Source of the DNA: Cyanophora paradoxa CCMP329
Taxonomy: Eukaryota; Plantae; Glaucophyta
Length of the DNA stretch: 64,000 nucleotides
Direction: 5' to 3'
NCBI GenBank assembly: GCA_004431415.1
Contig: QPMI01000415.1
Coordinates: forward strand, 62,001 to 126,000
Part shown: positions 33,694-44,338 of the stretch, one piece after another
Numbering within the stretch: the stretch's first letter is position 1
Layout of the letters: every line of letters begins with the position of its first letter
Program-made: the position numbers and the translations under genes
The notes under the pieces: model-generated
What the model was told of the DNA's origin: nothing
The model's input: only the letters and a program-made list of their open reading frames with translations
The model's database searches: none

Positions 33694-35491
33694 CACAGCG
33701 CACTGGGGGGGATACAGGTTCCTAGTTCCGAGTCTCTAGGGAAGAGCTAGAACTCGGACTTGGAATTTGGCTCGAATTCGCACGTTTTGAGCTCACTTCC
33801 GCCGAATCTAGCGCCGCACCCCGGAATCTCCTGGACCTGCGGCTAGTACCGCTGGAAAGCGCTTGTCGAGACGAATCGCAATGATTAGACAAGTTCGGAA
33901 CTCATTAGAAGTCAAAACTGCCATACTAGCCCTTGGGCCTGGAAAGCAGTGGGAGCTAGCTAGTCAGCACAGGTCGCAGCCATCTCCAGCGGCACCGGCG
34001 ATCGTAGCTACGTGCAGAGAGCATCCTAGCTAGCTTATGGCTCGCGTCTGGCGCTCCGCCGCCGCTCCGCTGCGGAGCGCGGCGACCTCAACGGTTACCC
34101 ATAGAAACGGATCGCAGCACCGCGCGCCGCTCGGCCGCCGCAAGCACGCGGGCTGTCATCTCTGATGTACGCACATCGCTTAGGATTGCTTCAGGGCCGT
34201 CCGCCTCACCGAGCGCGCCGCAGGGAGGAGCAACAAAGTGCGCCACCGCGCCCCGCAGCACTGATGCGGTGGATTTCTTGTTCTGCGGTGCGCAGCGATT
34301 GTTCATGATGTGTATAACAACTTTCTCAGCGGTTGTACAGGTCGGCGCGGCCCCCCGCGATGGCGGCGCCCTGCCGAAGTTTTGGGTCGCCCAGGATCGC
34401 AGCACCGATGCGGTGGATTTCTTGTTCTGCGGTGCGCAGCGATTGTTCATGATGTGTATAACAACTTTCTCAGCGGTTGTACAGGTCCGCGCGGCCCCCC
34501 GCGATGGCGGCGCTCTGCTGAAGTTTTGGTCCATGGCGCCCCGCGCGACCGCGGCTCGCCATCGCGAGTTGTGAGGTACGCAGCGGCAGCTTCTTACATG
34601 CTTTTTCAGGTTTAAGCGTCTGCGCAGGCCGGCACGGCGCCCCTCGACCCCCCCATCTCTTCAAACTTTGGCTGGCGCCCATCTTCGAGCTCCGGGAGGC
34701 GACCAGGCGGCGCGCGCGCCCTGCCACGCATAGATATATATCTAGAGAGCTTAGCTGTATGTGTGCGCATGCTACAGAATGCAGTCCCGATGTGTGGCGC
34801 CCCACAAACCCTATCGTCCGCACTCCTGGCCTGGCAGCGGCTTGTGGGCGCGGCGAACGGGTTGAGCTATGTCAGTTTCGAACACTACTTAAGATGCACA
34901 TCAACATCTTCTAACACTGCGCGGGCCGCCGCGCACTCCCTCGAGCCCCCCATCGCGCCGAACCTTGGGTACCTGTGGGGGCAGGTCACGTTTCGGCGTC
35001 TCCCGGGCCGCCGATGCGCACAACCGGCGGGTTTTTTAGGCTAGAACGTATATAGGCATCTATAATGTAGTGAGGAACGCGCTTAGACGGCGGCAGCTAC
35101 CTCGGATGTGCCGCGCCAGGTAGGTTGGGTACGGGCGAGTCGCTCTCCGCTGCCCGGGCGAGTCCGGCGACCAGACTAGCACTCACGTAGCTGCAATAGC
35201 ATGCTTATGCCGTTAGCGCACGCGGCGAAGCCCGCCGACGACGCGCGGGGGCAGGAGACTTGCCTGATGGTCGTGCATCCTGGATCTCGGCGCTAGCACG
35301 GGCGGAGCGCGCGCCGCTTCGCCAGCATGGCTGCACACTAGCTACGAGTGCTTTGCGCATGCACCAGCGTGCGCGTCGGTGCCGCCATACAGAGGTCAAA
35401 CACCGTTCCCTACAGGAACTAGGATTAACGGGTTTCCTGCGGTCTATGGCAACTCGCTAGTATGGAAGGGGTACCCCCCCAGTGCGCTGTG
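33694..35491. mobile_element. Nested GC-rich non-autonomous DNA transposon (1,798 bp), probably CMC/Chapaev-like
   Basis: 18-bp TIR CACAGCGCACTGGGGGGG; TAA TSD at 33691-33693 and 35492-35494; no transposase ORF recognised. Confidence 0.9.
34255..34530. repeat. Two direct repeats with a 144-bp period inside the nested transposon
   Basis: Units start at 34255 and 34399. Confidence 0.9.
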
Positions 35492-35985
35492 TAATGAGAT
35501 AATTGATTTAACCAGAGACAAGGTGGTGTCATCTCTGTACAGTAGGGGCAGACATTCGAAAATATCCATTATCTGCATTACACAGAAACTCAGAAAAGTC
35601 TCTTCCACTATAAGAGTTAATTCTGATTATGCTGTTTTCCTGAGTGCTGCTAATCGCAAAGAACTTGAAGCCATAGAGGAAGAATACAATATAATGCGAA
35701 ACAAGGAGGACTTTTACAAAATGTTTGAAGAATATGTCCACTCCTATCAGTATATCTTTTGGTCCTCTGCTGGCTACTCAGTTAAATACTTTGTAGATAA
35801 AGCTGAGCTTGTCAAAGATTTCCCATTTCCTCGCTTCCACAGGAAGCCCAAAAAGAAAGAAGATGAACTGAAACCACCAGAGAAAGAGGAAGCCCCCAAA
35901 GAAGTGAAAAGCCAAGTCCATAGCAATAAATTGATGCGATATAAACGCGGTTTATAAAATTATCTCTCATTCTAATAAAGATACA

Positions 35986-36417
35986 ATGCCTCCCAAACGA
36001 AAGATAGGGATCCCAGCTGGGGCTGTTGGCTATTCAGGTGGTGGAAACAGTGGATCTATTAACACTGAACCCATGAAATTCAATGGTATGAACGAAATCA
36101 AACCCTCACAACCCCAAGAAGACCCCCTTAATGCTGCCTATGAGGAATCAGTCGATGACAAAGCCCCACAAAGTTCAACTGCTGACCAACTCAACATCTC
36201 ACCAGAAGCCTCAAAAATGAAAGCTGTTGCTGAGGGTGCCAGGCGAATTATTGGTGCTGCTGATGATAAAGGTTTAGGCTTGCAAGATCTATCACTGACT
36301 CGCAAAGGTGAAGGTCTTAGTAAAGAATCAGACAAGGTTATTCAGTCTATGGCTGGTGAAGTCACATACAAGACTGCTCCCACTCAAAATATTCATCGAA
36401 TTCCCAAGGCTCAATAG
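35986..36417 (+). CDS. Hypothetical viral protein (basic MPPKRK N-terminus)
   Basis: 143-aa ATG ORF following the ATPase. Confidence 0.7.
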   Translation: MPPKRKIGIPAGAVGYSGGGNSGSINTEPMKFNGMNEIKPSQPQEDPLNAAYEESVDDKAPQSSTADQLNISPEASKMKAVAEGARRIIGAADDKGLGLQDLSLTRKGEGLSKESDKVIQSMAGEVTYKTAPTQNIHRIPKAQ

Positions 36418-36423
36418 GATGAG

Positions 36424-36720
36424 ATGACTGCTAAACTCAAAGATCTGGAAGCCAAATCAAGTGCCTTGGAGCAGTATGTTACTGAGAAGAAAGAGAGAGC
36501 CAAGTTAAAGGAGATGCTTCGAAAGGAAGTTTATAAAATGGGCATTACTGGTGTCCCAGATAAACAGTTTATTGCTAAGAAAGAGAACCAAATCGATGAG
36601 CAGGCAGTAGATGAAATGAAAACAAAGACCCAAAAGGGAACCATTGAACCTGGTGCCACCAAAGCTGAAGTAGAAAAGGGAGTTGCCCCAACAGTATATA
36701 AAAGACGAGTTTGGCTTTAA
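36424..36720 (+). CDS. Hypothetical Lys/Glu-rich viral protein
   Basis: 98-aa ATG ORF, tightly packed. Confidence 0.7.
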   Translation: MTAKLKDLEAKSSALEQYVTEKKERAKLKEMLRKEVYKMGITGVPDKQFIAKKENQIDEQAVDEMKTKTQKGTIEPGATKAEVEKGVAPTVYKRRVWL

Positions 36721-36742
36721 TTATCTCTGTTTTATTAGAGAT

Positions 36743-37024
36743 ATGGACATAATACGAAAGTTCTTCGAGATGTTCAGTCTGCATGTGGTGAGCAATTGCC
36801 ACAGTGGATGTTGTGAGACAACAGTGGAGTTTGAGATGTCAGATAATGAGGATAATGCCTCAGAAGCAAGAGAGAGAAGGAGGTCTACAGTTTCTGTGGA
36901 GTCAATGCCAGCAGACCCCACAGAGTATACATATGAGCAACAGGAGCAACAGGAGTATCCAAGGAGAAGTTCTCTGTCAGCAGAAAACGTTTTCTCTGGG
37001 AATATAAATGGAGGATACTATTAG
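36743..37024 (+). CDS. Hypothetical viral protein
   Basis: First in-frame ATG at 36743; acidic. Confidence 0.55.
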   Translation: MDIIRKFFEMFSLHVVSNCHSGCCETTVEFEMSDNEDNASEARERRRSTVSVESMPADPTEYTYEQQEQQEYPRRSSLSAENVFSGNINGGYY

Positions 37025-37253
37025 TTTAATCGAGTTTACCAGTGATGAACCTGTTACTGAGGGTTCTATAAGACACATTCTAGCAATGCAGAAACGATAT
37101 AGAGAGGACCCAGCATATAGAGAGTATAAAAAGCAGCAAGCCCTGGCATCCTATTATCGCAGAAAAGCCCGAAAAGAAGAGCAGAGACCCAGAGGAAGAC
37201 CGATTAAATATTATTTGCCAACTGAAAGTAGCAATGGACCCCCAGGTCTATAA
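37008..37253 (+). CDS. Small basic putative DNA-binding protein with AT-hook-like RPRGRP
   Basis: KRYREDPAYREYKKQQALASYYRRK...RPRGRP. Confidence 0.6.
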   Translation: MEDTISLIEFTSDEPVTEGSIRHILAMQKRYREDPAYREYKKQQALASYYRRKARKEEQRPRGRPIKYYLPTESSNGPPGL

Positions 37254-37340
37254 GAAAATTGAGAAAAAGCGGTCTCAGTATGCTACTGAGGCAGCTATAA
37301 AAATATATACAAAGAAATTGGCTTTATACTTGCAATCAAG

Positions 37341-37562
37341 TCACAGATAACTTTTGTAAATATGCTTTTGTTGTTTTTTGTTTGCATTCTCAGACACTGA
37401 AACAGTTATGTGAATGTTTACTGATCTATTTCTCTTTGGTTTTGCTGCATACATATTGTAACCTATCAATCTCTGTGACATTTCGATATATGCTCCAATA
37501 TCTCCATGCTTAATGCATTTATCTAACTCACTCATGGTCATCTCATCAAGAGTCTTTGCCAT
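37341..37562 (-). CDS. Small hypothetical viral protein
   Basis: ATG at 37562 (MAKTLDEM...). Confidence 0.45.
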   Translation of the reverse strand: MAKTLDEMTMSELDKCIKHGDIGAYIEMSQRLIGYNMYAAKPKRNRSVNIHITVSVSENANKKQQKHIYKSYL

Positions 37563-37629
37563 TTTGTCTTCACTATACACAATCAAGTAAGCCTTAAGTA
37601 TTCTTGTCAAATTTTGGTCTTTTCCGATA

Positions 37630-37768
37630 GGTGTGACAGGTGTGACAGGTGTGACAGGTGTGACAGGTGTGACAGGTCTATCCCATCGATTTTGAAGATC
37701 AACTTTTCACCAGGGCTTTCCTTGGGATGGACCTGTCACACCTGTCACACAAACCATTTTCAGTAAGG
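37630..37768. promoter_or_regulatory. Putative replication origin cassette, internal copy with inverted spacer
   Basis: (GGTGTGACA)x5, 53-bp spacer, two inverted copies, then AAACCATTTTCAGTAAGG; about 40 bp from the primase-helicase stop codon. Confidence 0.6.
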
Positions 37769-37809
37769 CTATAAAAATATATGTAAATCTCAATCATCAA
37801 TCGTTTTGT

Positions 37810-40135
37810 TTAATATTCGGCATCATCTTCATTATCTTCCTGAACCCTTGTTATCTTTCGAATCCCAATATATCCTCTGGCTAGAATTCCATTAACTCGT
37901 TTTCTTTCTGATTTTACATTGAAGATCTCCCTTACTCTTTTCATAACAGATACACATTCAACTTTATCATCAACACTTTTGTATGATTTGTAAATGATAT
38001 CACTGGAAACAAAGTCGTTAGCATTATGTGTAACCTCGAAATTATCTCGAAGCCATTCACCAATCTTGTCATTTTCAGCTATAAAGTTAATTCCCTGTTC
38101 AATAATCGATTGAGGGGGACTTCTTAAGATCTCTTCAACCTCTTTGTTCTTCCACATATCCAGTAATATCTTCATGTGAGCCATCTTATACTCATCATCA
38201 TTGTGAAGAAGTGTGAACAGAGTTGGATCAGCTTTCTTCTGACCAGCTTCTGGCTTCTCTCTGAATATATTATTGAATCTCTGATAGGAAAGCCTTCTTT
38301 GAATTGCAAAGTCTGGTTTATTTATAGTCAAATTGTCATTAGTTGTAATGTAGACCTGAAACATTGGGGTAAGGATAACTGGGTCTTTGAACAAGGCTCT
38401 CACAGTCATTTCATTTCCACCTGTGACCTCCTTAATCTTGGAGATCTGCAGTTTATCACCATCTTCAGCCTCATTACTGAATACAAGTCGCTTTCCAAGG
38501 AGTTTGGCAAGTTCAGGAGTAGCCTCTGATGAGTTCTTTTTAGGCTTAGTCCAATAGGATATTTCGAGAGGGCTGTAATAACGACCAGATATCTGTTTGC
38601 AGTATTCCTGAACAAGTGATTTACCATTAGCACCAGCACCAGTCCACATATAGAACTTCTGGGATTTAGTTGATCCACTAAGAGCAATTGCAATGGATGC
38701 CAGAAGATACTTTCGCTCTGCTGGATCATCCACAATCTCTTTATAAATCTGATTGAGATGCTCTATTTTCTTGGGTCTACATTTTCAGTATAGTCATAAC
38801 CCACAGTCTTGCTCACCATATCTTCCAGTTTACCCTTTCTGAAAGTCATAGTGGTCAGATCAAATACACCATTTTCGAATCCAATCACATATGGAACAGT
38901 GTCAATCTTCTCAAAGAATTCATCATCATTCAGCAGTGGGACCAAGTCAGTCAGAAGGGATTTGCGAAATCCTGATTGTTTAAGATTTTTGGCAATGGTC
39001 ATCAATGTTTTGGATCTTTCTTCGAAAGTTGCTTTGTTTTCCTCATCCTTTAAAGCTCTTTGACTATAATGCACAGCCCTTCCAAGGTATTGGGGACAAC
39101 AAGACGGCTTATATCTAGGTAAATCTTTAGGTTTGTGTCATCAAGCTCCCAAATCCCAGTATCAGTATTGAGTTTGAACCATGACTTTTTGGAGTATCTC
39201 CAAGTGTGTTTCAGAACCTCTTTGCATACTAAACTTACATCATAATGAGCGCCACCAGAACCAGCGGATTTATCTATAAGATTAAAGATATCAGATTGCA
39301 TTCCAATGCAGATGAATCGTTTTTTGCAATTTCCACTGTAGCTTGACACAATGTATTTGTTATCATCTCCTTTAGCTTTCATAACATACCAGTTATTCGA
39401 TTCATGTGAACCATTGCAGCATGGGCAATTGAGTCCCTTGTTAGCAGCATCAAAGTTAAAGCCAAGTTCAGTTTTAGAGATTATATTGGGATGGATAAAT
39501 CCCATATCCACCAGCTCTTTGATAATATTGTTTTCCAGTTCATCATTTGAGGTAGCATTAGCAGTATACTCACTCTTATAGATGTAGTTATCGATAATCC
39601 ACTTTTTGAAGTCATCAGTAGGCTCATTGAAATCACAGGTATCATCCCATGGGGAGATTACCCAAGACTTGTTGACACTGGGACACACATTGATCAATCC
39701 AGAAGTTCCAGTTCCAGTGATTGTTTTCAGGTCAACCTTTTCAAAGCCTTTAAAGCCTGGAGCCTTATCGGTGATTTTGAGTTTAGTGAACTCCTCAGGT
39801 CGTTTAAAGTAGACATGATAGCCTTTTTTAGTTTTTGCCATGGGCTGATTGGCATCAAAGTCATCAGGAAACATATCCCGGAATTTCTCAAAGTTCTCCT
39901 CATCATCAAAGTCAATAACCATCATGTTGTCTGAGAGCAGAATGCCCCAAGATACATACTGATTAGTTGCCAGCGCTTCCTCATACTTTTCCCAGGACCA
40001 AGCACCTCCCTTATGCTTGAAAACAGGGTCTTTGCTGTCAGGTTTCACTGGGATAATCATGTTTTTGGCTAGATCCTCATCAGATCTGAGCCAGTTAGCG
40101 AGCGATTTGAGCGATTTAGTCTGTTTGGCATTCAT
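37810..40135 (-). CDS. Prim-Pol (AEP) primase + Zn finger + D5-like SF3 helicase; two frameshifts (~39092, ~38770)
   Basis: IIPV...K.P, VIDFD, TKKGYHVYF (Prim-Pol); CPCCNGSH; GFENGVFDL (D5_N); GAGANGKS, KEVTGG and DFAIQRR (SF3). One added A at each junction restores the frame. Confidence 0.9.
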
Positions 40136-40348
40136 TTTCAGCGATTGGGGGTCCCTTTTATATATATAGAAGATTTTTCTTTAAGTAGTTTTGGGTCCCC
40201 CAATCATTTTTTGGTGGAAATCGAGAAAGTATCCCTACGAAATATTTCCACACGACTTATCGAGTGGTTTAGATACAAAAAGGATGAATGGGTATTTCAG
40301 CGAATAAACAGCATATCCCCAGCCTAGTAATATGCTGGGAAAAATAAT

Positions 40349-40603
40349 TTAAACATGTTTCGATTTTCTCCCTCTGTTTGAGTAAGGGACATCATACAAA
40401 TACTTGACAAAGCAGACTGCATTGGCTGCATACTTTCGCTGACATGAACTTGCTATTTTCATTGCTCTATAAGTATCATCAGTGTTATATAGATCTCTAA
40501 GCTGTGTGGCTATTTTTTCGTTAAACTTTTTGATTTGAGCCTTACCTTTTTCAGTTTGCTGGTACCTCTTCATAGCTCTCTTCTGGGCTTCACTGAGTGG
40601 CAT
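40349..40603 (-). CDS. Small basic putative DNA-binding protein
   Basis: LSEAQKRAMKRYQQTEKGK N-terminus; 84 aa. Confidence 0.65.
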   Translation of the reverse strand: MPLSEAQKRAMKRYQQTEKGKAQIKKFNEKIATQLRDLYNTDDTYRAMKIASSCQRKYAANAVCFVKYLYDVPYSNRGRKSKHV

Positions 40604-40659
40604 TTTTCCTCTGTCTCTCTTAATATATATAGAGAATTCTTTAAATCATTTTTTGTTGC

Positions 40660-40977
40660 TCAGCCAAATGTAATTGTTTCAACATCACATGCATTGTAGT
40701 CCAGAATGTTGAACAAGGTGAACTCTGGATACTGTAATGTGTTTCTACAGAATGGGCATTTTGTATTCCCGACTATTTCCTCTTGCTGTTTCATGCATCC
40801 TATACAGACTGTCTTGAAGCATTGATCACATACAAACTGATCATAGCTAGTCTCATCACATTTACATAAACTGCATAGAATTCGTTTATATTCTGAGTTT
40901 TCACAGGTTTCATTTCTTTCTTTAATACTTCTCATGATGGCTGAAATACTAAGCGTTCTTTGACCGTCCGGATTCAT
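40660..40977 (-). CDS. RING-like zinc finger protein
   Basis: CSLC...CDQCFKTVCIGC...CPFCR; ATG at 40977 follows a TATA-rich leader. Confidence 0.75.
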   Translation of the reverse strand: MNPDGQRTLSISAIMRSIKERNETCENSEYKRILCSLCKCDETSYDQFVCDQCFKTVCIGCMKQQEEIVGNTKCPFCRNTLQYPEFTLFNILDYNACDVETITFG

Positions 40978-41089
40978 TCTTGCTATTTGGCTTCTATATA
41001 TATACAATATAAAAATTCCTTTAAGTATTTTCGCGTTCGGAATATCCCCATTTAAAACCTCCCCTTTTAGTAGGAACAAGTTAGGAACA

Positions 41090-44000
41090 ATGCCCCGAAT
41101 TAGCAACAGACTCATTAGAGAGAAGAAATGGGAACTCATGGGATTACTGGGAACACTGTATGCAGCCCATGAAATCACAGAGGCTGAATATGACCGGGAA
41201 ATCGGATTTATTTCAAGGGGCAGACCCACTTTAGCAAAATTAACCAGAAAAGCCAATAACCTCTATGACAAAGTTGAGACTCTTGATGAATTGGATCGCC
41301 TGAGGCAAATAGAACCAGAGGCAGAAGATGGTACAGCAATGAATGAATTATATCGCTGGCTCACTTACAGAGCCAGAAGGGAAGTTGTTGTTGATGTGAT
41401 TGAATATTTAGATAGAATTGCAACCTCTCTACCAAAACGTTTGAGAGATAGTCTGGATCAATTCAGGGCAATCAAAGTTCGCTTATCGTTTATCTGCAAA
41501 TTCGTTAAAGTCAGCAATCCGCAGGTTTGGATATCGAAATACATTTACAGCGATTATTTTGTATTAACCAAATCGAGAAATATTCGAACTGAGCTGAATA
41601 AAGCAGCCCAAATGTGTCAGGAGCAGATGAATGTGGTTGATAGCTATCGACTTGAGAGAATCGAAATGCTCAGAGTGGCTATTATGAGTTATGCTCCAAC
41701 TGGTGGCTGCTATGTTAAAACACCTGAATCAATTTCAGCCAAGAGAGCCACAGTGAATATTCGAAATATTGATGATTCTTGCTTCGAAAATGCCATTTTG
41801 GCATGGATCCATAGGAAAGATGTGAATTCCCACAAAAGAAGTGAGCTTACACAATATCGCAAATGGAAATACTCACCGACCACATACAATCCTTTGGCAC
41901 TCAATTTCGACAATATCCCATTCCCTGTTCCTTGTGATGCTGAAATCATTGATAAATTCGAAGCTCAAAATGCAGGCATCAGCATAAACATATTTGGAAT
42001 GGATCGAGATGTTATATATCCCCTACATCAATCCAGTAACCCAGGTAGAAAGCAAAAGATTAATCTAATGCTCATTCATGATGATGAAGGGAATGGTCAC
42101 TATATAACAATCATGTCCCTTTCAAGACTTCTCAGAGTTGCACTTGATAAAACCAAGGATCAAAAGTTACACTACTGTGATACATGTTTATCTCGATTCA
42201 GGTCTGAGGCTAAACTCACTGCTCATGTAGACTCAAACAGATGCATTGATTGGAGACTCTCAAAGGGAATCACACCTAAACCTGAGACCACCATAGAGTT
42301 TGGACTGAAAAACCTTAGGAAAACTGTGTGGCTTCCTGTTGTGGTCTACTGCAAGATTGAACATAGAAGCATCCCCATTGATGCATCAAAATCCAAGAGA
42401 GAAGTCTCAGCAGTCAACCTGAGAGTAGTCACTGGGGCAGATGTTCAAGATTTTCGATTTGAGGGTCAGGATCCAATGGGAGGTCTGTTTGAATGCTTGG
42501 AATCCAAAGCAAGAGAACTGATCGATTTCCTGTTTACCAATATTCCCATGAATGAACTCACAGATGAGCAGAAAGCAATTTACAGGGCTACTAAACACTG
42601 TTACCTTTGCAGTGAGAGGTTCACCAAAGAGAACTTCAAATGCAGGGATCATGATCATCACACAGGTCATTACATTGCTCCTGCATGCAGAAACTGCAAT
42701 CTCCATAGGAGAATCTCAAAGCAAACAAAAGTAGCAGTGGTTGTTGACCAAATGGATGACTGTGGGACATTCATTTTCAGAAAAATAGCAGGCATGGGTG
42801 ATAAAAAGCGAATCGAAATCCTTTCGAAAAACTTTGATCAATACCTATCATTGCAATGGGGTCTTTACAAGTTCATTGATGCAAGTAACTTTATGGACTT
42901 TGGGGCTGCTGCTGTGACTGAGTTAATGAGCAAATTTCAAGCTTTTAGAAGGCTTTCACACTCAGTATATGGACTTGACCCAGTTCATTATGTATCTGCA
43001 CCTGGGTTATCTTGGGATGCTATGCTTAGGACCACCAAGGCAAAAATAGAGCTAATAAGTGATGTAGAGCAATACGAATTTGTTGAGAGGGGAATCAGGG
43101 GTGGCTTTGCAACAATGCCTTGTAGGTATGCTGAGGCTGATGGTGAGAACTCCCATATTATGCTGTTTGATGCTAACAACTTGTATGGCTACTGTTTGAG
43201 TCAGCCAATACCCGTTGGTGATTTTAGATGGGAGACAGAATTCAACCCATAAGATAACAGATCCAGTTTCCTAGAAGTTGATCTGGATTACCCAATTAGG
43301 CTGTTTCTAGATCACAGTGATTTCCCCCTAATTATAAACAAGAAAATAGTAGAATATGCGGAATTATCACAATATCAAAAGAGCCTATTAGATCTCTCAG
43401 GAGAAGAGCTTGATAAAACCCCTAAGCTAACTGCAACCTTTGGTTCTGTGACCAACTATGTGATTTCTGAGCCTCTTCTACAGTATCTGTTGGACAAAGG
43501 GGTGAAATTGAGAAAAGTCCACAGGGTCCTATCATTTACTGTGGCTCCTGTAATGAAACCCTACATTGAGCTGAACATTGATATGAGAAGGAAAGCAGTG
43601 AATAAATTTGAGGCTGATTTCTATAAGCTCATGAATAATTCAATCTATGGGAAATGCATTGAATCATGTAGAGGTAGATCTGTGGTTAAGATTGCCAACA
43701 CTGAGAAGCTATTTATGAAATATGCAGCCTCTCCTTTAGTGAAATCAACAAGTCCCATAAGTGAAAGGGCAGTTGCATTTGAGTTTTACACAAAACATGT
43801 GAAGCTAGATAAGCCAGTTGCTATTGGGGCTTATGTTTTGGATGCAGCCAAACTGCATAACTACAAGTTCTTCTATGATACTGTGAGGTCCCAATGGTCC
43901 AAAGCCAAGTTACTATTCCATGATACTGATTCCTTTTGTCTATATATCGAATCTAAGACCCTTGAAACAGATATAGAGAATATATCCTATGCATTAGACC

Positions 44001-44335
44001 TTGGAGGTGATTCCAGAATGACCCCAGGTAAATACAAAAATGAGATGCCAGGTTCTGCTATATTGGAGTATGTGGGTCTGAGAGCCAAAGTTTACAGTTT
44101 CAGAACAGCTGAGATTGAGAGAAGTAAGCTTTCTGGGACTTCCACTGAGGAACTCCAATTCAATGATTTTAAGCAGTGTTTACTTGCAGGTATCAGCAAG
44201 ACTGTGACTGCAAAGCAGAAAAGAAGGGCAGATCACACAATAATAGATACTGTGAGTAGAAGGGTTGCCCTGAATTGCTTTGATGCAAAGAGATACATCT
44301 TACCAGATGGTATTAATTCTGTTCCTTTTAATTAA
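41090..44335 (+). CDS. Protein-primed family B DNA polymerase (Polinton type) with one in-frame TAA at 43250-43252
   Basis: FDANNLYG, EVDLDYP, KLMNNSIYGK, HDTDS, GLRAKVYS; OTU-like NIRNIDDSCF...GHY; EndoVII-like CYLC..RDHDHHTG...CNL insertion. The frame stays open after the stop. Confidence 0.95.
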
Positions 44336-44338
44336 GAG

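Larger units (their letters stand above)
33374..35957 (+). pseudogene. A32/FtsK-HerA-type packaging ATPase interrupted by a transposon (33374-33693 + 35495-35957, 260 aa when rejoined)
   Basis: Walker A GKSCTGKS, Walker B VVLDD, RGRHSKISIICITQ. Rejoining reads DDLIDNEIIDLTRD in frame. Confidence 0.92.

Noticed and set aside
33694-33711. CACAGCG end as an RSS-like heptamer of a RAG/Transib transposon
   Set aside because: The TSD is 3 bp rather than 5; no nonamer and no transposase seen.
37255-37262. Mimivirus early promoter AAAATTGA
   Set aside because: One noticed occurrence in AT-rich DNA, inside a short ORF, with no suitable downstream gene.
21790-39100. Programmed ribosomal frameshifting at the six or so broken viral junctions
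   Set aside because: They are 1-2-nt losses in short homopolymer or (AT)n runs, and similar indels separate the host duplicates. Assembly error or decay is more parsimonious.
40978-41256. N-terminal extension of the 198-aa RING ORF
   Set aside because: Antisense to the PolB start and crossing the promoter region; the ATG at 40977 is the likely start.
29401-43252. TAA reassigned to Gln (ciliate-like code)
   Set aside because: Only two internal TAAs, while TAA ends several genes at natural positions, including PolB itself.
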